Shown: piece after piece, positions 37,305 through 46,611 of the stretch | Numbering within the stretch: the stretch's first letter is position 1 | Layout: the number at the start of each line of letters is the position of its first letter | Assembly: GCA_965216245.1 (NCBI GenBank) | Contig: OZ244145.1 | Location: 820,943 to 884,942 of the forward strand | Length of the DNA: 64,000 nucleotides | Source: Chloroflexota bacterium | GTDB lineage: Bacteria > Chloroflexota > UBA11872 > VXOZ01 | Reading direction: 5' to 3' | Translations under genes and position numbers: made by a program | The notes under the pieces: generated by a model | Database searches by the model: none | Told to the model about the DNA's origin: nothing | The model's input: the letters and a program-made list of their open reading frames with translations, nothing else

Positions 37305-38777
37305 TTACTGGCGCAGCATTTCCTGCATTGCTACCGACACTTGCTGAGCCGCGTCAGCCACGCTACTCTCGCCACTCAAGATCGGCGTCATGAGATGCTG
37401 CTGGAACAAAGACTGCAAGTGAGGCGCAAGGAGAGGCGGCACGCCGCGACTATAGTCGAGGGCATTTGAGATTATCGTTGCATCTTCAATCGTCAAGCTC
37501 GGCCTCACCTGTTTGATGCGCTCGCCGGAGACGTTATACACCGGATAGCCGAAGAACGTAACGGGAAGCTGGGAGAGTTCCCGTGCCAGCACCACTGCCG
37601 CCTGCGCTGCTAGGCCGGTATCTTTTGCTTGCGTGCCCACGCCCAATCCCGCGACCGGCGATACCCACGTGGCCTGGCGCGTATCGACCGGCAGTGCGGC
37701 AGCGCGGATCTGTTCCGCGCCCAGTCCCTGTCCGCCGCCGGAACGTACGGCGGTCGCCAAGCGCGCCGTATCGCTGGGCTGTCCACCACCGCGGCCTTGG
37801 CCCGGCATTTGGTCGAACGAAACCACTTGCATGCCGTTGCGGTTCGAGCGCACGAAGGAAAAGGTGCCTGCGGGCGGATTCGGGGCAATTTGGTGAAACG
37901 TTATCATGTCGCGCCATAGCTCAATGCCCCTAATTGCCTCCGGTTCGGAGAGACGCACGGCACCATTCTCAGCACTGAAAACCTCACCGCCGTGACTCCA
38001 AATCAAGCTCAGCAGCATCGGCACAGAGGCATGCGCATACGTGCCCCACTGCGTTCCCGAATCGTCGGTATAGGTCAAGCGTTTTCCCGCTTCAATCATT
38101 TCGGTCCAGCTCCACGATTCGCTGGGCGCGGCAACACCGGCATTCGCAAAGAGATCGGTGTCATAAGTAAGCGTGTTGATGGAACTAGAAAGAGGCAACA
38201 CGAGAACTTGACCCTGCCACGTCACCGCCTCCAACGCGCCGGGGGCAAAAGCGGAGAGATCGATGCTGCCGTCTACACGAGTAGCCTGCTCGAAAGGCTC
38301 GATGATGCCCTCAGCGTAGAGCAGTGGGAGTTCGTTCATATTGCTGATCATCAAAATGTCTGGCAGCGGGTCGCCGCTTGCCAACTGTCCGCTTGCCGCC
38401 GCCTCGTTCAGCGTGTCGGCTATCGGACTGAAAGGGGTTGGCGTGGGCTCCGCGTTTGCGTTGGCTGTGCCGAAGAAAGCAGCAAAATTGAAGGCGGGCC
38501 CCGGCGGCACGACGGTTAGGTTCACCTCCACCCGGAAGCCAAGACTCTGATCGTTTATTTCATTTGCGGCGGTCTGGAGGCTGGCAAGGATGTTGCCGGC
38601 CTGTGCTGCTTGAAAATTGGCCCCTTCCCCTTGTGGGAGGAAAACCGCTACGTTAACCGTCTTGTCACCGGAATCACCGCCGACCAGGTCGCTAAAAAAA
38701 CCACAACCGGATGCGAGACTTGCCGCTAGCGGCACGCCCCCGATCAACCCTAGAAACGAACGACGCGTCATTCCCAT
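37305..38777 (-). CDS. ABC transporter family-1 solute-binding lipoprotein with Tat signal (MGMTRRSFLGLIGGVPLAASLASGCG). It is an orphan.
   Basis: RR motif plus lipobox, then a PBP-like alpha/beta domain. The start was chosen at the Met preceding the signal. Confidence 0.7.
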   Translation of the reverse strand: MGMTRRSFLGLIGGVPLAASLASGCGFFSDLVGGDSGDKTVNVAVFLPQGEGANFQAAQAGNILASLQTAANEINDQSLGFRVEVNLTVVPPGPAFNFAAFFGTANANAEPTPTPFSPIADTLNEAAASGQLASGDPLPDILMISNMNELPLLYAEGIIEPFEQATRVDGSIDLSAFAPGALEAVTWQGQVLVLPLSSSINTLTYDTDLFANAGVAAPSESWSWTEMIEAGKRLTYTDDSGTQWGTYAHASVPMLLSLIWSHGGEVFSAENGAVRLSEPEAIRGIELWRDMITFHQIAPNPPAGTFSFVRSNRNGMQVVSFDQMPGQGRGGGQPSDTARLATAVRSGGGQGLGAEQIRAAALPVDTRQATWVSPVAGLGVGTQAKDTGLAAQAAVVLARELSQLPVTFFGYPVYNVSGERIKQVRPSLTIEDATIISNALDYSRGVPPLLAPHLQSLFQQHLMTPILSGESSVADAAQQVSVAMQEMLRQ

Positions 38778-39432
38778 TGCTAACCTCTCCTTGTGGGCCC
38801 CGCCGGACCCAATCTGAAGTTTGCCACTAACCATTCATTCCTGCGGAATCTGCATGAGTGTTCTTGTCTATATTTGGCGCAAACGCAGTCTCTTTACGTC
38901 TACGCCGAAGATTCCTTAGCACATTATAGACGATTCGGTGTTGACATTCGAGACTTCAGTATCTTCAAGACACTGTTGATGCCGAACATGTAACAAGCTC
39001 AACCGCCAAAGCGGACGGAACTCTCACACTGCCCCATGCTAATGCATGATTTTCAAGAGAATGTGAAGAAATGACAACGAGAGGAAAGTTGGGAACCACT
39101 TATGCAAACAGATAGCTTGCATGAGAAAGCACGCCGCGTTGAGCCGGCTTACGGCTTTGCCGGCGCAGTGACATGCAACCGCCGCGCGAATTACTCCACC
39201 CGCGGCAGAGTGCGCTATTGTTCGGTCAGAGCCTCAGGAGCAGCCTTCGCAGCCTCGCCACAGCACATGTTTCAGCACCATCTCATCCGACCCAGCAGCG
39301 AACGAAAAGCAAATTCCACGCATAGCAAGACCGCTCATGGTTCGACAGAGCCTGCACTGAGCTTGTCGAAGTGCTCACCACGAACGGTCTGCGGGCTGCA
39401 AATCTCTTCACTAGGGCCCCTGGGCCGGAAAT

Positions 39433-40416
39433 CTAAAGGGGCAGAGAGATATCTCCACCTTGCTCGGCCGATTGGAACGTCGCCACACACACTTCCAGGG
39501 CGCGGCGGCCGTCGTGGCCGTCGGGCATGGGCGGCGTGCCGTTGCGCGCAGAATCGTAGAAGGCGGCGAGTTGGTTGCGCATCCCCACACTGTGGCCTTC
39601 AACCTCGATTTCCTCGCGCTTGCCGTCGTGGGTCACTAAGAGCGGCCCGGAGTGCCTGCTGAGGTGAATTGCGCCCTTGGTGCCGGCAATGCCGAAGTTC
39701 GACGCCCCCGCCGGGTAGATCTGGCTGCTGTGCAGTGAACCAATGGCGCCATTCTCATAATTCAACGTCGTAATGAAGGTATCCTCGACGTCGGTATTGG
39801 CAAACGTGCCGAACGTGGCGTTACCGTGCACCGAAGCAACGGGACCGCCCATCCAGAGGAGTAAATCAAGTTCGTGCACGGACGACGACCACGTGCCGCC
39901 GACCGTCTCGCGCTTCAACCGCCACTCGCCGACGCCAAACGGGGGCCGTCCGCTCAATCGCGTCGACCACGCCAGCTTCAGATCACCGATGTCGCCGTTC
40001 TCCAATCGCTTATGCACTTCGACGTAGGTCGGCCAATACCGCATGACGAAGCCAAGCATGAGGGGCACGCCGTTCTTGTCTGTGGCTTCAATCATGGCAT
40101 CGCAATCGTCGAGTTTCAGCGCCATAGGCTTCTCGCAAAATACGGCAATGCCGGCGTTGGCCGCGTCGACGCAGATTTCCCGATGCGTCCACGTGGGTGT
40201 TACAACCAAGACGGCATCCAGTTTCTCGTCCAAGAGATCTCCGTGGTTTGTAAACGCCTTGACGCCAAGTTCATCGGCCACCGCTTGGGCGGACTCGATG
40301 TTCACGTCCACTACGCCGACCAACTCGATGCCTTCCATCTCATGCGAAATCTTCGCTTCGCTCGGCCCAAGGCCTCCACACCCGATTACACCGGTACGCA
40401 ACGTTTTCGCCATGGT
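39433..40416 (-). CDS. Gfo/Idh/MocA family NAD(P)-dependent oxidoreductase. The start is at MAKTLRTGVIGCG with a GGAGG RBS.
   Basis: N-terminal Rossmann GxIGxG and a C-terminal Gfo/Idh/MocA alpha/beta domain. Confidence 0.8.
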   Translation of the reverse strand, partial: TMAKTLRTGVIGCGGLGPSEAKISHEMEGIELVGVVDVNIESAQAVADELGVKAFTNHGDLLDEKLDAVLVVTPTWTHREICVDAANAGIAVFCEKPMALKLDDCDAMIEATDKNGVPLMLGFVMRYWPTYVEVHKRLENGDIGDLKLAWSTRLSGRPPFGVGEWRLKRETVGGTWSSSVHELDLLLWMGGPVASVHGNATFGTFANTDVEDTFITTLNYENGAIGSLHSSQIYPAGASNFGIAGTKGAIHLSRHSGPLLVTHDGKREEIEVEGHSVGMRNQLAAFYDSARNGTPPMPDGHDGRRALEVCVATFQSAEQGGDISLPL

Positions 40417-40615
40417 CGAACCCTCCTCATCGCTCACTAGTCTAAGACACATCCGTTTACATCACGCGGATTTGGACATCATGATAGCAGCTAGCTTGCC
40501 CGATGGGAACTGTGCGGCCGGGCGGGCGCTATCACAGCGTTGGAAGTGCCGCGCGCGTGCAAGTCTGGCTACAATAGAGCCATGGTTGTCTTGGTTATTC
40601 GCATAGGAGAACACA

Positions 40616-41659
40616 ATGGCGGAAAAGTTTCGCGTAGGCATAATCGGTTGCGGCTGGATGGGCAAGTCGCATGCGCAGGCATATGCCGAATTAGATGCCG
40701 TACAGATGGTAGCCGCCTCAGATACCCATCCCACGTCCCTGGCGGAGTTGCAGGAAGAGCACGGCATCCCTAACGGCTATGCCGACTATCACGACATGCT
40801 GGCTAAGGAAGACCTGGATATCGTCAGTGTCTGCTCCTGGCCGGGGCTGCACGCCCCCATGTCGATTGCCGCCGCCGAAGCCAAGGTGCCCGGTATTATC
40901 TGCGAGAAGCCGATGGCGCGCACGCTGGCCGAGGCCGACGCGATGATTGCCGCCGCCGAGCAGCACGGCTCCAAGCTCGTGATCGGACACCAAGGCCGCT
41001 TTCGCAAGCAGACGAACGCCATTCGCAGTCTCATCCAGGACGGCGCGATTGGGCGTGTGGAGATGCTGTACATCCAGCAAAACGGCGGCCTGACGAATAG
41101 TTCTATCCACAACGTGGACTATGCGCGCTTCATTCTCGGCGATCCCAAAGTGAACTGGGTGATGGGCTCGGTTGAACGCCGCACCGACCGCTATGAACGT
41201 GCGCAGCGCATCGAGGACCGCGCCCAAGCCCTCATCGGCTTTGCGGGCGGCGTGCGGGGCGTGTTGGAATCGGACATTGGTGACGACCGGCGGGTGCAAC
41301 CGTGTGTTGTCTATGGTTCCCATGGCAGCATCTTCCCCGTGAGCAACGGCCTACGGGTGCTGGACTCCAATGGGATCAGGGAGATTTCGTTCAATGAGCC
41401 AAACTCTCAGGCCCTTCAAGCGCAAGAGTTGATAGAGTGGATCCAGGGACGGCGCGAGCATCGTGGGCATGCATATAACGGCCGCCAGGCATTGGAAGTG
41501 CTGCTGGCGATATCCGCCTCAACATACACGCGCGGCATTGTCCATCTGCCGCTGGAAATCACGGATTACCCGCTGGGGCTTGCCGTAGAAGAGGGCGTAT
41601 TGCCGGTCGAACAACCCGGCGCCTACGACATCCGGGGCTATCTGGTGCGAAAAGACTGA
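40616..41659 (+). CDS. Gfo/Idh/MocA family oxidoreductase (divergent from 39433-40416).
   Basis: FRVGIIGCGWMGKSHA Rossmann motif and the EKP catalytic block (ICEKPMA). Confidence 0.8.
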   Translation: MAEKFRVGIIGCGWMGKSHAQAYAELDAVQMVAASDTHPTSLAELQEEHGIPNGYADYHDMLAKEDLDIVSVCSWPGLHAPMSIAAAEAKVPGIICEKPMARTLAEADAMIAAAEQHGSKLVIGHQGRFRKQTNAIRSLIQDGAIGRVEMLYIQQNGGLTNSSIHNVDYARFILGDPKVNWVMGSVERRTDRYERAQRIEDRAQALIGFAGGVRGVLESDIGDDRRVQPCVVYGSHGSIFPVSNGLRVLDSNGIREISFNEPNSQALQAQELIEWIQGRREHRGHAYNGRQALEVLLAISASTYTRGIVHLPLEITDYPLGLAVEEGVLPVEQPGAYDIRGYLVRKD

Positions 41660-41750
41660 GCGGAGTACACTGTGAGAAAGGCGCAGACCCATAGACTGGA
41701 TCTCCCACCAATTGTGGTCCATTGCCGTCTTACTTAAGAATGCCGACAGA

Positions 41751-41776
41751 CCGGTAGCGCAGGTTTGTAACCTGCG
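41751..41776 (+). repeat. 26-nt hairpin repeat CCGGTAGCGCAGGTTTGTAACCTGCG upstream of the dcyD-like gene.
   Basis: Same core. The loop is TTTGTAA. Confidence 0.55.
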
Positions 41777-41874
41777 GCTCTTGGCGGCACCTCAAAAAGA
41801 GGTATGAGACCACACACCTAGGCACAACTGCCCGGTCGTTCATGACCTTGGGCGCAAAACAAGGAGCAATCAAT

Positions 41875-42921
41875 ATGGCGGTACAGAGCGCGCAGATACT
41901 GTCGCAGGACGAGTTGGCGGCAAAACTGGCAGAGCAGCCTCGCGTTGAGCTAGGTACCTTTCCTACACCCCTAGACTCTTGTCCCCGGCTCTCCGAGGCC
42001 GTTGGCGGGCCGCCGATCTACATTAAGCGTGACGACCTCACGGGACTGGCCCTTGGAGGCAACAAGACGCGGAATTTAGAGTTTCAAATTGGGTCAGCGC
42101 TGGCGCAAGGCTGCGATAGCGTAGTCGCCGGCGCCGATACCCAGTCGAATCAATGCCGTCAGGCCGCTGCGGCCTGCGCCAAGGTGGGGCTGGACTGTTT
42201 CCTGGTGCTCTCCGGCGGTCTTCACACGGAGGTTCAGGGCAACCTCCTGCTCGACCACATCTTTGGGGCGGACGTTACCGTGCTTGAAGACGCGAACATC
42301 GATAATCTGCAGGAGCAAATCGACCCCATCGAGGCGAATTTGCGCGCCCAGGGACGGAACCCGTACCGGATTACGAGCAAGTATTCGGAACCGGCGCTGC
42401 GGGCAATGTGCGGCTACCTGAGTTGCGCTCTGGAGCTTTCTACACAGCTCCCGTCGCTCCCGCAACCGCCGAGCACTATCTTCATCACCTCCGGTTCCGG
42501 CACGACCCACGCGGGCTTCGCTGCCGGTATCAAGGTGCTGGGTCTGCCCATCAAGGTGATCGGCATCTCCATCAAGGAGCCCGCCGACGAACAGCGCGAA
42601 AACGTAGCGGCACGCTCGCAAACGCTCGCGAAAGAGCTCGACATCCCCTGCGGCCTCTCGGTTGACGAGGTGCACGTATCGGGTGACTTTATCGGTGAGA
42701 AGTACGGCGTAGCGACACAGGATGGTATGGCAGCGCTGCAGCTCACGGCCCAGCAAGAGGGTATTCTGCTCGATCCGGTCTACACCGGCAAGACGATGTC
42801 CGGTCTCATCAGTATGGCGCGCAGCGGCGCAGTCCCCGCCGATCAGCCGGTCATCATGGTGCACACCGGCGGCATTCCGGCACTCTTTGCCTACCACGAA
42901 GAACTGATAGCAGCGCTGTAA
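41875..42921 (+). CDS. PLP-dependent D-cysteine desulfhydrase / ACC deaminase family enzyme. The start is at MAVQSAQ with an AGGAG RBS.
   Basis: KRDDLTGLALGGNKTRNLEF motif containing the PLP lysine, and a Gly-rich TSGSGTTHAG loop. Confidence 0.75.
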   Translation: MAVQSAQILSQDELAAKLAEQPRVELGTFPTPLDSCPRLSEAVGGPPIYIKRDDLTGLALGGNKTRNLEFQIGSALAQGCDSVVAGADTQSNQCRQAAAACAKVGLDCFLVLSGGLHTEVQGNLLLDHIFGADVTVLEDANIDNLQEQIDPIEANLRAQGRNPYRITSKYSEPALRAMCGYLSCALELSTQLPSLPQPPSTIFITSGSGTTHAGFAAGIKVLGLPIKVIGISIKEPADEQRENVAARSQTLAKELDIPCGLSVDEVHVSGDFIGEKYGVATQDGMAALQLTAQQEGILLDPVYTGKTMSGLISMARSGAVPADQPVIMVHTGGIPALFAYHEELIAAL

Positions 42922-43202
42922 GCGGCGCGCATCCGGTTCTCAGGGGTAGCCTTTTGCTATCCACTTAATTAGACCCCTACTCCACGGGTCTATGATAGAG
43001 ACTCAATTTATGATTCTTCCTTCGCCGAACGAAATCGGGATTAAGCACCGATATTGCACTAGGATTGGTTCCTAGTATCTTGACTTTGCAGCCTTGTAGA
43101 TATAGCATCTAGACAGAGTTGCGGCCATAGCGTCTATCGAGAAGTTGGCGGATTGAGCACCGTCTCTTGCTGAAGGCGCGAGACAGAAGGAGATACTCCA
43201 AG

Positions 43203-44615
43203 ATGAATTTTACTCGTACACTGAAGGTCACGCGGCGCACGGCGCTCGCGGGCATGGGGGCAGGTGCCCTTGGCGCGGTGATTGCCGCTGCCTGCGGACA
43301 GGCGACCATGACGCCGGAGGAAGCGCCGAAGGCTGAGATGAAAGAGGAGGCGCCCAAGGCCGAGGCCACGGCAATGCCGGAGGTCGAAACTACGACAATT
43401 TCCATGATCTCGGCGGAGAAGCCCACCACCCGACCCGTACTGGAGCCGATCCTGGCCGACTTCACCGGGCAGATGCCGCACATTGCGGTAGACCTCGTGC
43501 CTTCCGGCGGCTGGGGCGAGGTGAGAACGAAGTTCTACGCGGCACAAGCGGCCGGCGACCCGATCAACATCATGGAGAATGGCTGGAGCGCAGTCCTGAC
43601 CACGTTTGAGACCGGCGTGACGATTGACCTCGCGCCTTTCTTTACGCGGGACAAGATTGACCCGGAGGCTACCTTTGCCGCGCCGGCGATTGGCATGTGG
43701 ACGGTTGAGGGTAAAATCCTCGGGATGCCGATCACCATGTCGGTGGATTCAATGGCCTATAACGTTGATCTCTTCGAGGCGAACGGTATCAATCCGCTGC
43801 CGGTGGACCTGAACGATACCGATTGGAATATGGAAACCTTCTTGGACTTGGCAACCAAGCTCACCAACGACGACCGCACGCAGTTCGGGCACGGCGGCGG
43901 CATTACCTGCTCCAACGGCGGCGGTATTGGCACCGGCACCTATTGGGGGGCGGGCCCGTGGGACTCGGCAGCCGGCCGCGCAACCATAGACACACCGGAG
44001 TTCATCGATGCCCTAGACTGGTGGCGCGATTTCGGCGACAGCCACCGCGTGACGCCAAACGCTGACGAGCGTGCAGGGGCCATGGGCGGCCAGAGCGGCA
44101 ACGTCTTCATGTCCGGCAAAGTGGCGATGCAGCTTACCTGCACCTCCTTCCGCGACGCGCCGTTCCGTTGGGCCATAGGGACAATGCCGTACTCCGGCGA
44201 GGGGCAGAGTCAATCGGGCCGCACGTGGACCCATCCGCTGCAGATGGCTGACGACGGAGTCGATCAAAACGATCGCTCGTGGGACCTCTTCAAGTGGCTC
44301 CTGCAACCGGAGAACGGCGGACGCTATCCGCCGTCCGCGGGCCATGTCGTCTCGCCGCTCCTCGATGACAATGCATCCACGCTCGCGCAGGAAGGCTACA
44401 AGGAGAGCCTGGGCGTCGATCCCAGAGCGTTCTTGCTCCATTCCCGCACCACGAAACCGGCCGGTTGGGGCCTCTGGACGTTTACCGAGTTCGGAGAAAT
44501 TTCCGGCGATCTCAATGCTCGTTACCGCGACGAGTTCAATGCCGGCACGCTCACGGCGGCGGAGTATTCACGCTGGGCCGCTGATCTCATCAATGCGACC
44601 CTTGGTGGTAAGTAG
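43203..44615 (+). CDS. ABC transporter family-1 solute-binding lipoprotein with Tat-type signal (TRRTALAGMGAGALGAVIAAAC). It is an orphan.
   Basis: RR motif plus lipobox, a PEEAPKAEMKEEAPKAEA linker and a PBP fold. Confidence 0.7.
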   Translation: MNFTRTLKVTRRTALAGMGAGALGAVIAAACGQATMTPEEAPKAEMKEEAPKAEATAMPEVETTTISMISAEKPTTRPVLEPILADFTGQMPHIAVDLVPSGGWGEVRTKFYAAQAAGDPINIMENGWSAVLTTFETGVTIDLAPFFTRDKIDPEATFAAPAIGMWTVEGKILGMPITMSVDSMAYNVDLFEANGINPLPVDLNDTDWNMETFLDLATKLTNDDRTQFGHGGGITCSNGGGIGTGTYWGAGPWDSAAGRATIDTPEFIDALDWWRDFGDSHRVTPNADERAGAMGGQSGNVFMSGKVAMQLTCTSFRDAPFRWAIGTMPYSGEGQSQSGRTWTHPLQMADDGVDQNDRSWDLFKWLLQPENGGRYPPSAGHVVSPLLDDNASTLAQEGYKESLGVDPRAFLLHSRTTKPAGWGLWTFTEFGEISGDLNARYRDEFNAGTLTAAEYSRWAADLINATLGGK

Positions 44616-44700
44616 TCGGATTCACCGTTAGCCAGGGCACCGAGTTTGGCTTCTACTAGGGGCAGCTATCGGACGACGACGCGGAAACAAACGTCAAAGG

Positions 44701-44724
44701 GGCGACGCGTAGGGGCACGATATA
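44701..44724. terminator. Perfect 24-nt palindrome AGGGGCACGATAT/ATATCGTGCCCCT downstream of the SBP gene. It is a likely terminator or protein-binding site.
   Basis: Read directly. It sits just upstream of the MITE-like element. Confidence 0.45.
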
Positions 44725-44749
44725 TCGTGCCCCTATGCGATAGTTGGGA

Positions 44750-44936
44750 AGACACTCCCGTCATTCTCGCGGAAGCGGGAATCCATCTTCATGGTGCCAG
44801 GTTGTCTCATAGCGGGGTGCAGCGAGAGTACACACAGGCTCTACAGTTTACGGATCACTTTCCTATCCATGCGAGGAGCCATGCAACAGTGAGCCCCTGC
44901 AACCAATTGAGATTCCTCGCTTCCGCTCGGAATGAC
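44750..44936. mobile_element. MITE-like element of the same family (about 187 bp). The 27-bp terminal inverted repeats are CGTCATTCTCGCGGAAGCGGGAATC and GATTCCTCGCTTCCGCTCGGAATGACG.
   Basis: The inverted repeats were read directly. The internal GGGAATCCATCTTC block is also present at 23085. Confidence 0.55.
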
Positions 44937-44959
44937 GGTACCGCTGAAGGAGAACTGGT

Positions 44960-46429
44960 GTGGCGGATCTCCCACAAAGTGAGCTAAGACTTGGTGTCGG
45001 CGCCGAGCGCATCAACCCGCCTCTCGGCGTGCCGCTGCCGTTAGCCTATTCCGGCGGCGGCTCACCGGTTGCAGTAGAGGGCCGGTACGATGACTGCTGG
45101 GCGCGGGCGCTGGTGCTGCAGCAAGACGATATCCGTCTAGCGCTCGTCTCGGTTGACCTCTGCACCATGCGCGACGACCAGTACCAAGCAATAGTCGACC
45201 GCATCGCCGTCCGCTGCCGGATCCCTGCCAAAAACATTCTTATTGCGTGTACGCACAATCATTCCAATGCGTCGCTCTTAGAGCCGTTCGATGCGCCGCC
45301 CTCGCCATGGCAGGAAACCCTGAATGACCTGATCGTCTCTGCCGTCTATCAAGCATCCCGGAATTTGGAGCCAGTGTCTCGTATCCGCATCGCTACGGCA
45401 AAGTACGGACGCGTCGCGCATAACCGGCGCGTGGTGCTGCCGGATGTCTGCGACGAAGTCGAAGTCGTGTGCATGCTCATCGGCGCTGAACCGAAATGGG
45501 AAGCCATTGTAGAGCGGTTGGCAGTCACGCTAGGAACGACACGGGAACAGTTGGGCATCTCGAGCGAACCCATAAAGCCCCAAGGGATTGTAGACGATGC
45601 CCTAAGACTGTTGACCTTCGAATCCGGCGAGGGCAAGACGCTAGCCAGCATCGTGAGTGCCGCATGTCACCCGGTAACCCACAGCTTCGCCGACCGGCAT
45701 ACGTGCGCCGACTACCCCGGTTATCTTGTAAGGCTAGTGGAGCATGAGTTGGGTGGGATGGGGCTCTTCCTGCAAGGCTGCAGCGGCGACGTGCGCCCGC
45801 GCTATCGCGAATCTGTATATGCGGAAGTAGAACGGGTAGGCCGACAGTTCGGCAGCGCATTGCTCCAAGCGGTGAGCAGGCTGCAGGACGCCGAGGGGCC
45901 GCTCGTTATCGGCGCAGTTAGGCAACAGGTCGAACTGCCGTTGAAGCAGTACCAAACGCGCGAACAGCGGCAGTCCAGACTTGATGAGCTGGAGCTAGCG
46001 CTGGGGAAGATGGCTCAAACTCCGGTGGCTGGCACCGCAGTCATCCGGGAACGTTGGGCCGTATATCAGGAATGCGCGTTTTTACGCTACCAATTGCGGT
46101 GGGGCGATTTGGAAACCCGGCAGACAGACTTGAAACGCCAAAGTGTCGGAGCGATGCTGCAGGCCGTTCGGCTGGGAAACGTACTCTTGCTCACCTCGCC
46201 CGCAGAGGTCTTTGCCACGACGGGCATAGAACTCTCCGCCTGGGCGGCAGAACAGGGCTGGCAAGGCAGTATCGTCTCATCCTGCACGAACGGGTACATC
46301 AACTACATCCCACCCCGCGCAGAGGCGGAGCGGGGCGGCTTCGAGCCAAGCTGTACCATGCTCGCTCCAGGCTCATGCGAACAGATGGTCGTCGCATTGG
46401 AGGCGCTGGGGCAGCAGCTCTCGGACTAG
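44960..46429 (+). CDS. Neutral/alkaline non-lysosomal ceramidase-like hydrolase (PF04734-like). It has a GTG start.
   Basis: The block order WARALV..R.ALVSVDL....NILIACTHNHS matches the conserved N-terminal ceramidase blocks (WARAFV..AFVS.DL..NVLLSATHTHSGP), which I recall rather than searched. Confidence 0.5.
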   Translation: MADLPQSELRLGVGAERINPPLGVPLPLAYSGGGSPVAVEGRYDDCWARALVLQQDDIRLALVSVDLCTMRDDQYQAIVDRIAVRCRIPAKNILIACTHNHSNASLLEPFDAPPSPWQETLNDLIVSAVYQASRNLEPVSRIRIATAKYGRVAHNRRVVLPDVCDEVEVVCMLIGAEPKWEAIVERLAVTLGTTREQLGISSEPIKPQGIVDDALRLLTFESGEGKTLASIVSAACHPVTHSFADRHTCADYPGYLVRLVEHELGGMGLFLQGCSGDVRPRYRESVYAEVERVGRQFGSALLQAVSRLQDAEGPLVIGAVRQQVELPLKQYQTREQRQSRLDELELALGKMAQTPVAGTAVIRERWAVYQECAFLRYQLRWGDLETRQTDLKRQSVGAMLQAVRLGNVLLLTSPAEVFATTGIELSAWAAEQGWQGSIVSSCTNGYINYIPPRAEAERGGFEPSCTMLAPGSCEQMVVALEALGQQLSD

Positions 46430-46538
46430 GCCGATCCCGGCCAGTCCTCCTGAATATTTGCAGTAACAGAGGAACACCGCATTCAGGAGAGACGTTGGGA
46501 AAAGTGCCGCGGAATATCCCTTCAATCCGAATGCAAAA

Positions 46539-46558
46539 GAGCGCCCAAATGGGCGCTC
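46539..46558. terminator. Hairpin GAGCGCCCA-aa-TGGGCGCTC between the convergent ceramidase-like and ftsH genes.
   Basis: 9-bp perfect stem flanked by AAAA and CCTCATT. Confidence 0.5.
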
Positions 46559-46611
46559 CCTCATTCCCGTAGCACTACCGGGACCTGCCATCGGCAAGCC
46601 AAGTAGGAATT

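Noticed and set aside
39102-39662. 186-aa plus-strand ORF in the 600-bp gap upstream of the SBP gene.
   Set aside because: Arg/Ser/Ala-rich junk translation that overlaps the Gfo/Idh/MocA gene on the opposite strand. The gap is better explained as an AT-rich promoter region.
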